Of a DNA stretch of 64,000 nucleotides, positions 43,694 through 53,708 are shown piece after piece; positions within the stretch are counted from its first letter, which is position 1, and the number at the start of each line of letters is the position of its first letter. This DNA is from a virus. Its lineage: Duplodnaviria; Caudoviricetes. A program made the translations under genes and the position numbers. The notes beneath the pieces are model-generated. The model did not search any database, had not been told where the DNA came from, and was given only the letters and a program-made list of their open reading frames with translations. The stretch covers positions 793 through 64,792 of the IMG/VR virus record IMGVR_UViG_3300027817_000001, one strand, 5' to 3'.

Positions 43694-43920
43694 TGCCCGC
43701 CACCACACCTGAAGCCCTCGCCCGCAAGGCCGAGACCAAGCGCCGGCGCCGCCGTGAAGCCACCGAGGTGGTGCGGATCAAACTGCAGAAATCCGACTGG
43801 CCGCGCTACAAGATCGCGGCGCGGAAGATGCGTGGGAAGCTGCCGGACATGAGCAAGGCCGAGCTGCGGGACATGCTGGCGCAGGCGGCGCAGAACACGG
43901 CGGGGGCGCAAGATGCCTGA
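43693..43920 (+). CDS. small basic hypothetical protein
   Basis: GGAGG RBS; ends LRDMLAQAAQNT. Confidence 0.55.
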   Translation: MPATTPEALARKAETKRRRRREATEVVRIKLQKSDWPRYKIAARKMRGKLPDMSKAELRDMLAQAAQNTAGAQDA

Positions 43921-44302
43921 GCGAATCCAGCGTAAGCGCACTCCGGGTTGGAAGAAGCCAGAAAACACAGTCTACGTTGGTCGCGGTAGCAAATGGGGAA
44001 ATCCTTTCGTCGTTGGTGAACCGTCAGGAATTTTTGATGGCAAGGATGGTCGATGCCTCGGCATGCGCGACCAGCCAGAAATTCTCATTCCATCTCTCGC
44101 GCTTGAGCAGGTGATGGAGTTTTACCGCAATGCGGTCGAAGGCTACATTAAGCCAGAAATGTACCCAGCCGGCCATACCTTCAGCAATATCATTCGGCCA
44201 CATAGCAGACTGCGCGAGTTACGCGGTAAAAATTTGATGTGCTGGTGTGCGCTAGACAAGCCATGCCATGCGGACATCCTGCTGGAAATTGCCAATGCAT
44301 GA
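43913..44302 (+). CDS. DUF4326 protein
   Basis: RIQRKRTPGW..YVGRGSKWGNPF...LRGKNLMCWC..PCHADILL. Confidence 0.88.
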   Translation: MPERIQRKRTPGWKKPENTVYVGRGSKWGNPFVVGEPSGIFDGKDGRCLGMRDQPEILIPSLALEQVMEFYRNAVEGYIKPEMYPAGHTFSNIIRPHSRLRELRGKNLMCWCALDKPCHADILLEIANA

Positions 44303-45689
44303 CGTCCAACTCGAACAGTCCATCCTTGGGTGCGTGCTGATGCGCAACGACCTTTTCCCGGTGATCGAGGAGAAGGTCAAAGCCGCCGATTTCTTCGAGC
44401 CGGTCCATACGAGCATCTTTGAGATCGCGTCGTCCATGATCGGCATGGGCAAACTGGCGAACCCGCTCACGGTCAAGCCGTTCCTGCCGTCAGACATGAC
44501 GATCGGCGAATTGACCGTGAGCCAGTATCTCGCCCGGCTCGCGGCCGAGAGCTGCACGGCGAACGAGGCGCCGCACCTCGCCGGGGTGATTCGCGATCTG
44601 GCGGATCGGCGGACCATTGCCGCAGTGGGCGAGCAGTTGCGCGGCGTGCAGGCGGATCCGACCGAACTGGCCTCATGGGGAGTCGAAGAGTTGGACAAGG
44701 TCGCGGTGTCCAGGAGCACCAAGGCCACGCCGGCGGTGTCGGCCGGGGAGTCGGCGGCGCGCGCGCTGGACGCGATCGCACAGGCCTATCAGCTCGACGG
44801 GGCAATCACCGGGATCAGCTACGGCCTGCCCGAGCTCGACGCCAAGACCAACGGGCTGCAGCGGGGGCAGCTGTCAATTTTGGCTGGCAGACCCGGAATG
44901 ATGAAAACCGGAATCGCATTGTCTGCGGCGCGCCGCATGTCGGAAGCTGGTTACAAGGGACTGTTTTTCTCCCTTGAGATGACGGACACGCAGCTTACTC
45001 CGCGCATTTTCTCCGACATTATTTTCGAGACCAAAGAGGTTCACTATACCCGAATGCTGGCGGGACAGGTATCGGAAGCTGAGTTCACGCTGATCCGCGA
45101 CGCTGCACTGACGCTGGAAAGCTGGCCCTTGCAGATCGAGCAGGACGACGTAAGCCTGTCGCAGATAGCGACCCGCGCCCGTCAGCGAAAGCGCAAGTAT
45201 GGATTGGACTACATCGTGGTCGACCACATCGGCCATGTCCAATCGGCGGACCGCTATCGCGGAAACAGAAACCTGGAAATATCGGAAATTTCCGGCGGCC
45301 TGATGCGCCTCGCCCGAGAATTGGATATCGGTGTTTTGGCGCTAAACCAGCTAAGCAGAGCGGTCGAGGGGCGCGACAACAAGCGCCCGACGCTTTCTGA
45401 TTTGCGTGACAGTGGCAGTCTCGAGCAGGACGCGGCGATCGTAATGTTCGTCTATCGCGAGGCCTACTACCTGCAGTACCAGGAGCCGAGGCCCGGAACG
45501 CCGGAGCACGGCGTTTGGCAGGAAAAGATGATCGCCTGTCTAAACGACATCGAAATAATCATCGGCAAGCAAAGAAATGGGCCTACGTGTACCGTGCAGG
45601 CCTACGTCAACCCCGCCTGCAACGCCGTCCGGCCGAAGGGCTGGTATCGCGACTTCGCCCAGCAATCCACCGAGGAATTTGCATTTTAA
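44295..45689 (+). CDS. dnaB: DnaB-like replicative helicase
   Basis: EQSILG; GRPGMMKT; FSLEM; IVVDHI; LNQLSRAVEGRDNKRPTLSDLRDSGSLEQDA; KQRNGP. Confidence 0.92.
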   Translation: MHDVQLEQSILGCVLMRNDLFPVIEEKVKAADFFEPVHTSIFEIASSMIGMGKLANPLTVKPFLPSDMTIGELTVSQYLARLAAESCTANEAPHLAGVIRDLADRRTIAAVGEQLRGVQADPTELASWGVEELDKVAVSRSTKATPAVSAGESAARALDAIAQAYQLDGAITGISYGLPELDAKTNGLQRGQLSILAGRPGMMKTGIALSAARRMSEAGYKGLFFSLEMTDTQLTPRIFSDIIFETKEVHYTRMLAGQVSEAEFTLIRDAALTLESWPLQIEQDDVSLSQIATRARQRKRKYGLDYIVVDHIGHVQSADRYRGNRNLEISEISGGLMRLARELDIGVLALNQLSRAVEGRDNKRPTLSDLRDSGSLEQDAAIVMFVYREAYYLQYQEPRPGTPEHGVWQEKMIACLNDIEIIIGKQRNGPTCTVQAYVNPACNAVRPKGWYRDFAQQSTEEFAF

Positions 45690-45703
45690 CCGAGGAACCA
45701 TCC

Positions 45704-46156
45704 ATGACAGCACAAGTGCTTGAGCTATTCCCGGACATCGCGCCAACCCATATCGACCCACCGAAGAAGCCGCCGCGCAAGCCGCCAGCCAAGAAGGAGC
45801 GCTACTCGCCCGAGTTCGAATCGTTCTGGTCGCAGTATCCCCGCAAGCTAAACTGCTCCAAGCTGATGGCCTTCCGGGCATGGAACAAGCTTGACGACGA
45901 GGAGCAGGTGCAGGTTCAAGCCGTCCTGCCCGTGTTCGTCCGCATGATGCGCGGCAAGGACGAGCAGTATATCGCCCACGCTGTGAGGTGGCTCAACCAG
46001 AAGCGGTTCGAGACGATCGTGATCCCGCCATCGGCGCCGTCGGCATCGGCGCCAACGGTCGATTGGGCGAAGGCCAAGCGGATATTTGAGGCCACGGGCA
46101 GATGGGCAGCCGAGCTCGGACCTGAACCTGGCGCGCCGGGGAGCCGCTGCCCATGA
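45704..46156 (+). CDS. replication-initiator C-terminal-domain-like protein
   Basis: FESFWSQYPRK..SK..A..AW.KL...YIAHAVRWLNQKRF; GAGGA RBS. Confidence 0.65.
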   Translation: MTAQVLELFPDIAPTHIDPPKKPPRKPPAKKERYSPEFESFWSQYPRKLNCSKLMAFRAWNKLDDEEQVQVQAVLPVFVRMMRGKDEQYIAHAVRWLNQKRFETIVIPPSAPSASAPTVDWAKAKRIFEATGRWAAELGPEPGAPGSRCP

Positions 46157-46755
46157 TTGCCGCTCTGTTCGTCGATCCAGCCGGATGCTATTCCGAGCTT
46201 CCAGACGTAGAATTCTGGGGACCAGATCGCGATGCGCGCTTCTACCGCGGCCCGCATCCCATCGTGGCGCATCCGCCGTGTGAGCGCTGGGGCCGATACT
46301 GGCACGGCTCGCCGCGCAAGCCGCATCAATATCAACTTGGTGATGATAACGGCTGCTTTGAGGCTGCCCTGCGGTCCCTGGTGCTGTGCGGTGGCGTGCT
46401 CGAACACCCGGCCTATTCGAAAGCATGGGACGCGTTTGATCTGCCAAAGCCTGATCATCGCGGCGGCTGGCGCCTCGCTGGCGGCTTTGCTGTCGCTCAC
46501 GTTGAGCAAGCGCACTATGGGCACATAGCGCGCAAGGCGACTTGGCTGCTTGCGCACGAACCGTGCATGCTTCCAGAATTGATCTGGGGGCGGGCCGAGC
46601 AACGCCTGTCGCCTATTGCCGTCGAGAGGCACGGATATGAAAAAGCTCGGCGGTCGGGCGTCATGGCCTATGGCAAGGACAGGTCCAGGATCAGGGCGGC
46701 CACGCCGATTCCGTTCCGGGACCTTCTTATAAAAATCGCCAAATCGTCAAATTGA
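46153..46755 (+). CDS. divergent C5 cytosine methyltransferase-like protein
   Basis: IVAHPPC catalytic-like motif; VLEHP; Q..YGH.ARKATWL; R.ATP..F. Confidence 0.6.
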   Translation: MIAALFVDPAGCYSELPDVEFWGPDRDARFYRGPHPIVAHPPCERWGRYWHGSPRKPHQYQLGDDNGCFEAALRSLVLCGGVLEHPAYSKAWDAFDLPKPDHRGGWRLAGGFAVAHVEQAHYGHIARKATWLLAHEPCMLPELIWGRAEQRLSPIAVERHGYEKARRSGVMAYGKDRSRIRAATPIPFRDLLIKIAKSSN

Positions 46756-46759
46756 TCCG

Positions 46760-46787
46760 TTGACATTCTCCCGGAAGCTTCTATGAT
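46760..46787 (+). promoter_or_regulatory. sigma70-like promoter
   Basis: TTGACA-16-TATGAT in intergenic gap. Confidence 0.6.
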
Positions 46788-46827
46788 TTGTTTGCAAGAG
46801 GCGACAGCAACACGACGGGAGATGGAC

Positions 46828-47058
46828 ATGAATGAGAGCACCAAATTCACCCGCATCATTCTTCCTGATGGGAATGGCAAGACTGTTTCAGGCCAGCTTG
46901 GCTTTCAGGTTGGCGAGCGCATCATGAAGGGCGATGTGGCAGAATGGCCGGAACTTAGCGGTTATCGCGTTTATGCGCGTCAGTTCGGGATTGGTGGGCG
47001 TTGCAATTATCGCGGTGAATATGAGTCTGGAACTTGCATGAACTTGCTAGTTAACTGA
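46828..47058 (+). CDS. hypothetical protein
   Basis: GGGAG RBS, downstream of promoter. Confidence 0.5.
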   Translation: MNESTKFTRIILPDGNGKTVSGQLGFQVGERIMKGDVAEWPELSGYRVYARQFGIGGRCNYRGEYESGTCMNLLVN

Positions 47059-47102
47059 CACCTCCGGCCGCGCGAATGCGGCCCAACCACCGAGCGACTA
47101 GC

Positions 47103-47312
47103 ATGACCATGAGCGAATGCATGAAAGCGGCGCACGCCGAGGCCCGGAGCATCATCGCGGCGCGGAGCCGGATGGAAGGCCCGATCAGCTACCGAGAGGC
47201 GATAAAGTTCGGCCTTCGGCGGGTGTACAACAAGCTGCTGACGGATCGCAACATGGCGATCATCGCGGCGCAGGCGGAGACGCCGAAGTTCATGTGGCTG
47301 AGGGGGTGGTGA
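47103..47312 (+). CDS. hypothetical protein
   Basis: MKAAH...SYREAIKFGLR small phage family. Confidence 0.55.
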   Translation: MTMSECMKAAHAEARSIIAARSRMEGPISYREAIKFGLRRVYNKLLTDRNMAIIAAQAETPKFMWLRGW

Positions 47313-47623
47313 TGACGGACAAGATTGAACATTCGCCGCTGCCGTGGTTTGCTGATCCGGACGACCGCGACGGGATGGAATGGAACATCCATATCGTAGA
47401 GCACGATCGCCCACATATGCGCATCTGCTTCATGTCTCGCGGAGATGAGAGCGCAGCCAATGCCGCCCTGATCGTCAAGGCTTGCAATGCCCATGCGAAG
47501 CTCGTCGCGGCCCTGGAGAAGATCGCAAGCGGCACAGAGGATACGGTTTTTCCATTTAGATGCTTGCCTGACAGCGAGATGAAGCGCATCGCGCGTGACG
47601 CCCTCGCCAGCCTCAAGGAGTGA
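47312..47623 (+). CDS. hypothetical protein (HSPLPW...ANAALI family)
   Basis: Common phage accessory motif. Confidence 0.65.
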   Translation: MTDKIEHSPLPWFADPDDRDGMEWNIHIVEHDRPHMRICFMSRGDESAANAALIVKACNAHAKLVAALEKIASGTEDTVFPFRCLPDSEMKRIARDALASLKE

Positions 47624-47629
47624 GCCATC

Positions 47630-47761
47630 ATGCGACACGAGAAGGTCTTGACCATGCACAGCGCGCCGGTCCGGCCCAGGCCGGGCATCCAGACGAAGCT
47701 GATCAACACGGCGGCCGGCCATCCGTTTGCCTTGGAACATAATGGAAATGCCTATAATTGA
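47630..47761 (+). CDS. small hypothetical protein (43 aa)
   Basis: AAGGAG RBS; GC3-rich; overlaps HNH start. Confidence 0.45.
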   Translation: MRHEKVLTMHSAPVRPRPGIQTKLINTAAGHPFALEHNGNAYN

Positions 47762-48413
47762 CATGATTGGATATAGGTGCGGGCGATTACAGGTAATCGC
47801 CAGAGCGACCAATTCTAAAGGCGGTAAAGCGCGCTGGCTGTGTAGATGTGATTGCGGGAATACGACCGAAACAAGCAGTAGCAACTTAAAAGCCAGAGAC
47901 ACGGCTTCTTGTGGATGCGCTAAGATTGAGCAGCTTAAAGCTAGATCGAAAACGCATGGAAAGTCGGAAAGTAAGGAGTATTATACTTGGCTTAACATGA
48001 GAAGTCGGTGCAATGATAGTCGAAGCTCGCAGTATTATAAATACGGGCAACGAGGGATCTCCGTGTGTGACAGGTGGAACAAAATAGGAGGCGGGTTTGA
48101 GAACTTTCTCTCCGACTTGGGGCCATCTCCGTCGCGTAACCACTCTATTGAGAGGATCAATAATGACGGTAACTATGAGCCTGGGAATTGTCGCTGGGCT
48201 ACAGATTTAGAGCAGGCAAACAATAAAAGAAACACGGTCTATGTAGTTTACCATGGAGAGCGGATGCCTCTTATGACCGCGATTCGAGTTTCGAAAACAA
48301 AACTTGATCGCAAGGTTATTCTCAATCGCATAAAGCGCGGCTGGGAGATTGATGATGCGATTGACCGACCTTCCCTCACCATAAAGAAAAAGGACGATCT
48401 CAATGCCGATTGA
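47748..48413 (+). CDS. HNH-type homing endonuclease
   Basis: WLCRCDCG; SCGC; YGQRGISVCDRW; HSIERINNDGNYEPGNCRWAT..EQANN; low GC. Confidence 0.88.
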   Translation: MPIIDMIGYRCGRLQVIARATNSKGGKARWLCRCDCGNTTETSSSNLKARDTASCGCAKIEQLKARSKTHGKSESKEYYTWLNMRSRCNDSRSSQYYKYGQRGISVCDRWNKIGGGFENFLSDLGPSPSRNHSIERINNDGNYEPGNCRWATDLEQANNKRNTVYVVYHGERMPLMTAIRVSKTKLDRKVILNRIKRGWEIDDAIDRPSLTIKKKDDLNAD

Positions 48414-48597
48414 AGATTTCGCCCGGCAGATCGCCGGCAAGGTGTTCCACGCCGAGCTGCGCGCGTCACGCATGTTGGGCGGCGGCGAGAAGGCGGCGTT
48501 CCAGTCCGCGTTCGATGCGCTCGACGCGACGTATGCCGCGGTGTTCGCGGCCGAGCGGCCGGCGGTGCTGACACAGTTCCGGCCGGTGAGGGCCTGA
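48403..48597 (+). CDS. hypothetical protein
   Basis: AAGGA RBS; GC3-rich. Confidence 0.55.
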   Translation: MPIEDFARQIAGKVFHAELRASRMLGGGEKAAFQSAFDALDATYAAVFAAERPAVLTQFRPVRA

Positions 48598-48599
48598 AC

Positions 48600-48959
48600 A
48601 TGCCTCGCATGATCTCCTTTTCCATGACGACACCGCAGTTCATCGCCGGCACCAAGGATGTGACCCGCCGCATGGGATGGCTCACGCTGAAGGCTGGCGG
48701 CACGTTGATGGCCGTCGAGAAGGCCATGGGCCTCGGCAAAGGCGGCAAGGTCAAGCGGCTAGGCCTGATCCGCGTCAAGGACGTTCGGCGCGAGCCGTTG
48801 CGACGCATGGTTGATGATCGCGCATACGGCGTACAAGAGTGCGAGCGTGAAGGGTTTCCGCAGATGACAACGAAGGGCTTCGTTGAGTTTTTCTGTGACA
48901 GCCACAAAGGCTGCAAACCGGACACCATCGTCACCCGCATCGAATTTGAGAAAGCCTGA
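48600..48959 (+). CDS. ASCH/PUA-like protein
   Basis: ISFSMT...GTKDVTRRMGW..LKAG; EGFP; VTRIEF. Confidence 0.7.
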   Translation: MPRMISFSMTTPQFIAGTKDVTRRMGWLTLKAGGTLMAVEKAMGLGKGGKVKRLGLIRVKDVRREPLRRMVDDRAYGVQECEREGFPQMTTKGFVEFFCDSHKGCKPDTIVTRIEFEKA

Positions 48960-48962
48960 CCC

Positions 48963-49472
48963 ATGGACCACGACAAGATCGAAGCGGTGCTGAAGAAGCT
49001 GGACCATCTCCAGCAAGGCAACGATCTGTTGCCGTTCTCACAGCGCACCGTCGAAGCTGCCGCCGATCTCATCCGCGATCTCCGCACCGAGAACGGCAAC
49101 CAGGAAACGAAGATCGTGGATCTGGAGGAGAAGGTTGAATCGGCAGCGGAGCCAGCGGCGTGGCAGTCCAGAGTTAGGATTGGTGGGAATTGGTCGAAAT
49201 GGCGAGAAATTGACGGCGACCTTGGCGAGCAGAAGAAACGAATGGCATCAATGGCTGAGCAGGGGAAGTTTGAGGTTCGCCCCCTCTACATCGCCGACAA
49301 CGCGGCACTGATAGCAGCAGTGCCGGCTTTGGTGGAGGCGTTGGAGAACATCTTGCGCGCAGAACTGGATTTCCGATCCACAATGCCGCCGGATTGGGAA
49401 GGCGACCCATTGCAAAGCGCATGTGATGTTGCCCGCGCCGCCTTCGCCTCGATCGGGAGGGCGCAGAAGTGA
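48963..49472 (+). CDS. hypothetical mosaic accessory protein
   Basis: EAAADLI; EPAAW...EVRPLY; NAALIAA modules. Confidence 0.6.
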   Translation: MDHDKIEAVLKKLDHLQQGNDLLPFSQRTVEAAADLIRDLRTENGNQETKIVDLEEKVESAAEPAAWQSRVRIGGNWSKWREIDGDLGEQKKRMASMAEQGKFEVRPLYIADNAALIAAVPALVEALENILRAELDFRSTMPPDWEGDPLQSACDVARAAFASIGRAQK

Positions 49473-49825
49473 AGCTCAGTCCAACAGAATACAAAATTCT
49501 AAACCGCTTGACTCTTGTGGTCGGCGAAACGCTTCCGCGCGAATGGCTGATGCCATCTACTCGACGTATCGCCAGCAAGATGCGCATGCGCGGTTTGCTC
49601 AGCAAACGCGCCTGGGACAGGGGCGAAGTCGTTGCCACTGCGCTCGGGAAGCGCTCGTATAGCTACGGAAAGAGGTGACATCATGCACGACGCCCTGAAA
49701 TCCCAACTCCCCCGGCCTGACCTTAGCGACGCCATCCGAGAGCGGGATGGGCGGATTGCTTGGCTCGAATCCGAGGTCGCGCGGCTTGATGCCGTGATTG
49801 CCGGGATGAAGAAGGAACGTCAGCC

Positions 49826-50737
49826 ATGAGCGACGGCCTGAAGGATCATCTGCATACCGTACGGAAGAAGCTGATGCAGCTTTCTAAAGAAGATCTTGTT
49901 GTCGAGCTGCTTGGCGCGCTCCAAGCAGCTGTTGACATCAAGAAGGATTCCGCTGCCCGCATCGCCTCTCTGGAGGCGCAGCTTGCTGATAGCACCGACA
50001 AGGTAACTGCATGGAACAAGATTGCGGAGAAGAACGCCCGCATCGAAGCGCTGGAAGCGCAGTTGGCGGAGGCGCGGAAGGCGCTGGATGTCGCCGCCGC
50101 TGATTTGGTCGGATGCTGCAAGGACCCGGAAGCGCCGTTTGTCGCGGAAGCGGTCCGTCGCATTTGCGATGCCAAAATCGCCGCCTCCCCAAGGACCCAT
50201 CAACGGGATCAGGATCATGAGCGCACCGCGCCGATCACTTATTGCTGGAATGGCAATGGCTGCAGCCGCAGCAGGGTTGTTAGCAGGCGCCGAGATACGA
50301 GCCGAGCCTCGTTCCCCGGCTCCGATCAAGAAGCGCCAGTCGCGCAAACAAGCCAATCGGTCCAAGAAACAATATCTGCTGAAAGGCATCCGACCATGAG
50401 CGAGAACAACGCAAGGCTGGAGCTGGCGGACGAACTATCCACGCTTCGCACGAAGCTTCTGAGCGCGCGTGACTTATCCTTATTGGGACGTGCAGTCGCC
50501 GCGCTCCGCTCAAGTGCGGAGCCGGTGGCAGCCGCAAGTAGTGGCGATGGCCAGTTGCTACGACATCATCTTGAACGGCTCGCGAACACCAAGATGGACA
50601 TGTCGATGTTGGTTTGGAACACGATATCGAACGACATCCTTCGCATCGCTGACTCGCTCGCCGCACGGCCACGAGTACACCGAGCAAAACACTCGCATCA
50701 GCCCGAAGGGAAGTCGTTCCTGCCGGGCGTGCGATAA
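49826..50737 (+). CDS. hypothetical coiled-coil accessory ORF, probably several coupled small genes (internal starts 50217 and 50396)
   Basis: RIASLEAQLA repeats; RBS-preceded ATGs at 50217 (other frame) and 50396. Confidence 0.45.
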   Translation: MSDGLKDHLHTVRKKLMQLSKEDLVVELLGALQAAVDIKKDSAARIASLEAQLADSTDKVTAWNKIAEKNARIEALEAQLAEARKALDVAAADLVGCCKDPEAPFVAEAVRRICDAKIAASPRTHQRDQDHERTAPITYCWNGNGCSRSRVVSRRRDTSRASFPGSDQEAPVAQTSQSVQETISAERHPTMSENNARLELADELSTLRTKLLSARDLSLLGRAVAALRSSAEPVAAASSGDGQLLRHHLERLANTKMDMSMLVWNTISNDILRIADSLAARPRVHRAKHSHQPEGKSFLPGVR

Positions 50738-50825
50738 AATATCGCGGATTGCGATGGTCGGCCAAGAGATCCGCACTTAATCGCGCCCGCGCAGCGATTG
50801 CGTAGAGGATGAGGAGAAAAAAACC

Positions 50826-51041
50826 ATGGGTGATCGAAAAGAACTGCAGTCCCCGCTCCGTCGCGCCAAAATAGGCGTCTCGAATTGGCTCGGGGCATTG
50901 CCGGAAGGTGCAAAATTGGATGCGGAAATTGCCCTCGATAAGCTGATCGAGGTTGCCGAGCGCGAGATCGAGCAGGCTTACTTCGACGGAAACAATCACC
51001 GAGCCGGCGCGGAACGCATGCGCCCGTTCCTGCCCAAATAG
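50826..51041 (+). CDS. hypothetical protein
   Basis: GAGGAG RBS. Confidence 0.55.
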   Translation: MGDRKELQSPLRRAKIGVSNWLGALPEGAKLDAEIALDKLIEVAEREIEQAYFDGNNHRAGAERMRPFLPK

Positions 51042-51116
51042 TCACCCACGACGACTGCCAACCTGTAAGGATGGCGCTGAACCGGGCGGTTTCATTTCAT
51101 TGCCGACCCGAAACTA

Positions 51117-51150
51117 GCTGGGAGCACCGCAAATGGGCTCCCAGCCCTCT
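51117..51150 (+). terminator. hairpin after rightward early arm
   Basis: gctgggagc...gctcccagc 9-bp stem followed by cctctt. Confidence 0.4.
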
Positions 51151-51187
51151 TGCCCGTCGCTGATCTCCTCTGCTATCCATAGCAGCC

Positions 51188-51451
51188 ATGGGGACACCAA
51201 TGCAATCAACGGCTTGCCACGAGTACAGCGTCGTTCAATACTGCCCATGGACGGGCAGTAAGTGCACCTGCACCACATTCCCATGGACGGTCGACAACCT
51301 GATCCCTCGACGGTGTGAGATGGGGATTTCGCTAGACCTTATTCCTTTGCGGAAGGTGCGCCAGCCGCTCAAGGCCCTGTACGAGATTTACAAGGCTGAG
51401 CTGGAGAACGGCACATACGATTACACCGATCCAAAATGGGCGGTGCGATGA
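51188..51451 (+). CDS. small Cys-rich protein
   Basis: ATGA-coupled to terS. Confidence 0.45.
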   Translation: MGTPMQSTACHEYSVVQYCPWTGSKCTCTTFPWTVDNLIPRRCEMGISLDLIPLRKVRQPLKALYEIYKAELENGTYDYTDPKWAVR

Positions 51452-51987
51452 AGCCTAGGAAGAAGCCAAAGGCTAAGCAGGCCGCCGAGCCAAAACGAGG
51501 CCGCGGCCGGCCCAAAGGTATCACTGCCTACCGGCCAGAGTTCGTGCCATGGGCCGCAAAGGCATTCGAAGCCGGCATGACCGACTTCGAAGTGGCACAG
51601 CTGCTGCGAGTATCGGAAAAAACCCTCAACCACTGGAAGCTCGACCACCCCGAATTTCTTTCCGCCCTAAAAACCGGCAAACACGTTCCCGACGAGCGCG
51701 TGGTCAGAACCTTATTCCACAAGGCCACCGGCTATTCCTACGAGGCCGAGGAGGTTTTCTGCCAAAACGGCGTCGTGACCCGCGTTCCCGTGGTCAAGCA
51801 CGTCCCGCCCGACACCACCGCCATGATTTTCTGGCTGAAAAACCGCCGGCCAGCGGAGTGGCGCGACCGGCACGAGACGCAGATGAACGTGAGCGTGAGC
51901 CTGGCGGAGCTGGTGAACCTCTCGTTCCGTCCTGACCTGCCCGAGCCGAAGGTGATCGAGCACGAGCCGGACGAATCCGAGAAATAG
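51448..51987 (+). CDS. terS: terminase small subunit
   Basis: GRP..YRPEF...GMTDFEVAQLLRVSEKTLNHWKLDHPEF...ATGY...PPDTTAMIFWLKNRRPAEWRD. Confidence 0.88.
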   Translation: MKPRKKPKAKQAAEPKRGRGRPKGITAYRPEFVPWAAKAFEAGMTDFEVAQLLRVSEKTLNHWKLDHPEFLSALKTGKHVPDERVVRTLFHKATGYSYEAEEVFCQNGVVTRVPVVKHVPPDTTAMIFWLKNRRPAEWRDRHETQMNVSVSLAELVNLSFRPDLPEPKVIEHEPDESEK

Positions 51988-52024
51988 TATTGAAACTGTT
52001 TTAAAACCGTGTCATGGTTCGGCT

Positions 52025-52456
52025 ATGGCAAATGCACCTTCCAAATTGGACCAGCTGCGCGCCTTGAGAGAGGCGAACGTGGCGCGGTCGAAGCCAAACC
52101 CATTGCAAGACACGGCGCGCGGTCGAGATCCGGCGCCAAAGAGTTCTGACGGCGGCACGGGAAGCAGACGTGCAAAGGAAGGGCTTGGTCCAGACCCTGA
52201 TCGCGCCGGAGTTCACCGGGTGAACCGCGATCTAAATCACGGCCTTGCTGGAGTAGCGCCCAGCCCGTCAGAAGCCAAACGCAAGACCGGGCGCCCGCGG
52301 ATCGGCGAGATACGTGACAGGCCGTGGGAAGCGGCTGGGATGTCGCGCTCGACGTGGTATCGCCGCAAAGCCGAAGCTGAAGCTGAAGCCGAGGAGATCG
52401 GCGCCGCCGCAGCGGCAGCGCTGGATCGCCGCAAGGCAGAGGAGCGTGGAAACTAA
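52025..52456 (+). CDS. HTH-containing protein
   Basis: PWEAAGMSRSTWYRR; TTGAAA-17-CATGGT just upstream (possibly leaderless). Confidence 0.65.
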   Translation: MANAPSKLDQLRALREANVARSKPNPLQDTARGRDPAPKSSDGGTGSRRAKEGLGPDPDRAGVHRVNRDLNHGLAGVAPSPSEAKRKTGRPRIGEIRDRPWEAAGMSRSTWYRRKAEAEAEAEEIGAAAAAALDRRKAEERGN

Positions 52457-52579
52457 CAGTTTCCGGGGAATGCGAGGAGGCCAGACTTCCAGGAACAGCT
52501 CCTCAAAGCCCGGCGAGCAGCGCGGCCGGATTCACTCCATCGGCGCCGCGCGGGCGCTCAATTCAGGGAGGGATGAGAG

Positions 52580-52990
52580 ATGAATGAGAAATTGATCAAG
52601 TTGGCAGCAACGTGCGAAACGGCGACGGGTTCTCTCCGAGTGCTCGATTTCGAAATTCATATTGAGGCCATTGAAGATGGCATTTGGCCGACGATGGATA
52701 GACACGGCCGGATCATCAATCCTGATGCAAAAATGTCGGACTACCTTGCAGCATACCGGAGCGTGATTGACTCCGACGATCAGGACTTTGACCTCCCGCG
52801 CTACACCGCTTCTTTGGACGCAGCGCTGACACTGGTGCCTGAAGGGTACGACTACATCATTGAGCACACGAATGGTGGTCTGACGATCTGTGCCAGGGTT
52901 GGTCACAATGATCCAGATAAAAACTCGTGGGGCGAGACGCCTGCCCTCGCTCTTTGTGCTGCCGCCCTGCGTGCGAGGGCAGCACTATGA
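52580..52990 (+). CDS. hypothetical protein
   Basis: PRYTASLDAALTLVP...TPALALCAAALRA phage family. Confidence 0.7.
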   Translation: MNEKLIKLAATCETATGSLRVLDFEIHIEAIEDGIWPTMDRHGRIINPDAKMSDYLAAYRSVIDSDDQDFDLPRYTASLDAALTLVPEGYDYIIEHTNGGLTICARVGHNDPDKNSWGETPALALCAAALRARAAL

Positions 52991-53498
52991 CCGCCGCAGC
53001 GCTCCTATTCACCGTGCTCTGCGGCTACCTGCTCGGCAGGATCCACGAGAACGAGCATTTGGCGCGGAAGGCGAGGAGGGGAAGATGATCAAGGTATTCA
53101 GGTCCACTTGGCGCAATCGTTGGCATGTCTACGAGGTCGATACTGGCGGCAAGGTCTGGCTCGCTTCGTTTCGTAGCGCGCGCGCAGCATACGACTGGGC
53201 TAATTCAGAGACCAAGCCTTGCCGGTGATGATCTACTTCGCCGAGGGCCTGATCTGGCTAGGCATATATGCGGCTGGCATCGGGATTATTGAGGGAGCAA
53301 GACTACGATGATCGTATATTATGCAATATTGTTGTGGCTCGATACTTGGATTATCATGAGTTCGATTGAGAAAGTTCAGAAGATAGCGCAAAGCCATCTC
53401 AACTGGCATGCAGCCTACTCGGACTGGGAGCGTGAGAAGTCGAGGACAATCACGCAATCCAGCCCTCGCGCGCGGCTGAGCTATCGTCGGCGCCGAGC

Positions 53499-53708
53499 AT
53501 GACCCCATCGCCCGGCCAGATCTGGAAAGACAACGACAAGCGCATCGATCGCTACGTGCGCATCACGGGCATCGGCGCGGAGTTTGTCCGAATGGTGCGG
53601 GTGAACGAGGATGGGACGGATTACCCGAAGGCGTATAACACGGCGTCGCGGGCGGCCAGGTTCAGGGAGCCGGGCAGGAACGGTTTCACATTCGTGAGAG
53701 GACAATGA
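53499..53708 (+). CDS. hypothetical protein
   Basis: PGQIWKDNDKR motif. Confidence 0.6.
   Translation: MTPSPGQIWKDNDKRIDRYVRITGIGAEFVRMVRVNEDGTDYPKAYNTASRAARFREPGRNGFTFVRGQ

Noticed and set aside
49826-50737. Nested ORF 50217..50399 as another overprinted gene
   Set aside because: More simply explained as consecutive small genes where an upstream stop was lost; the outer frame there looks non-coding
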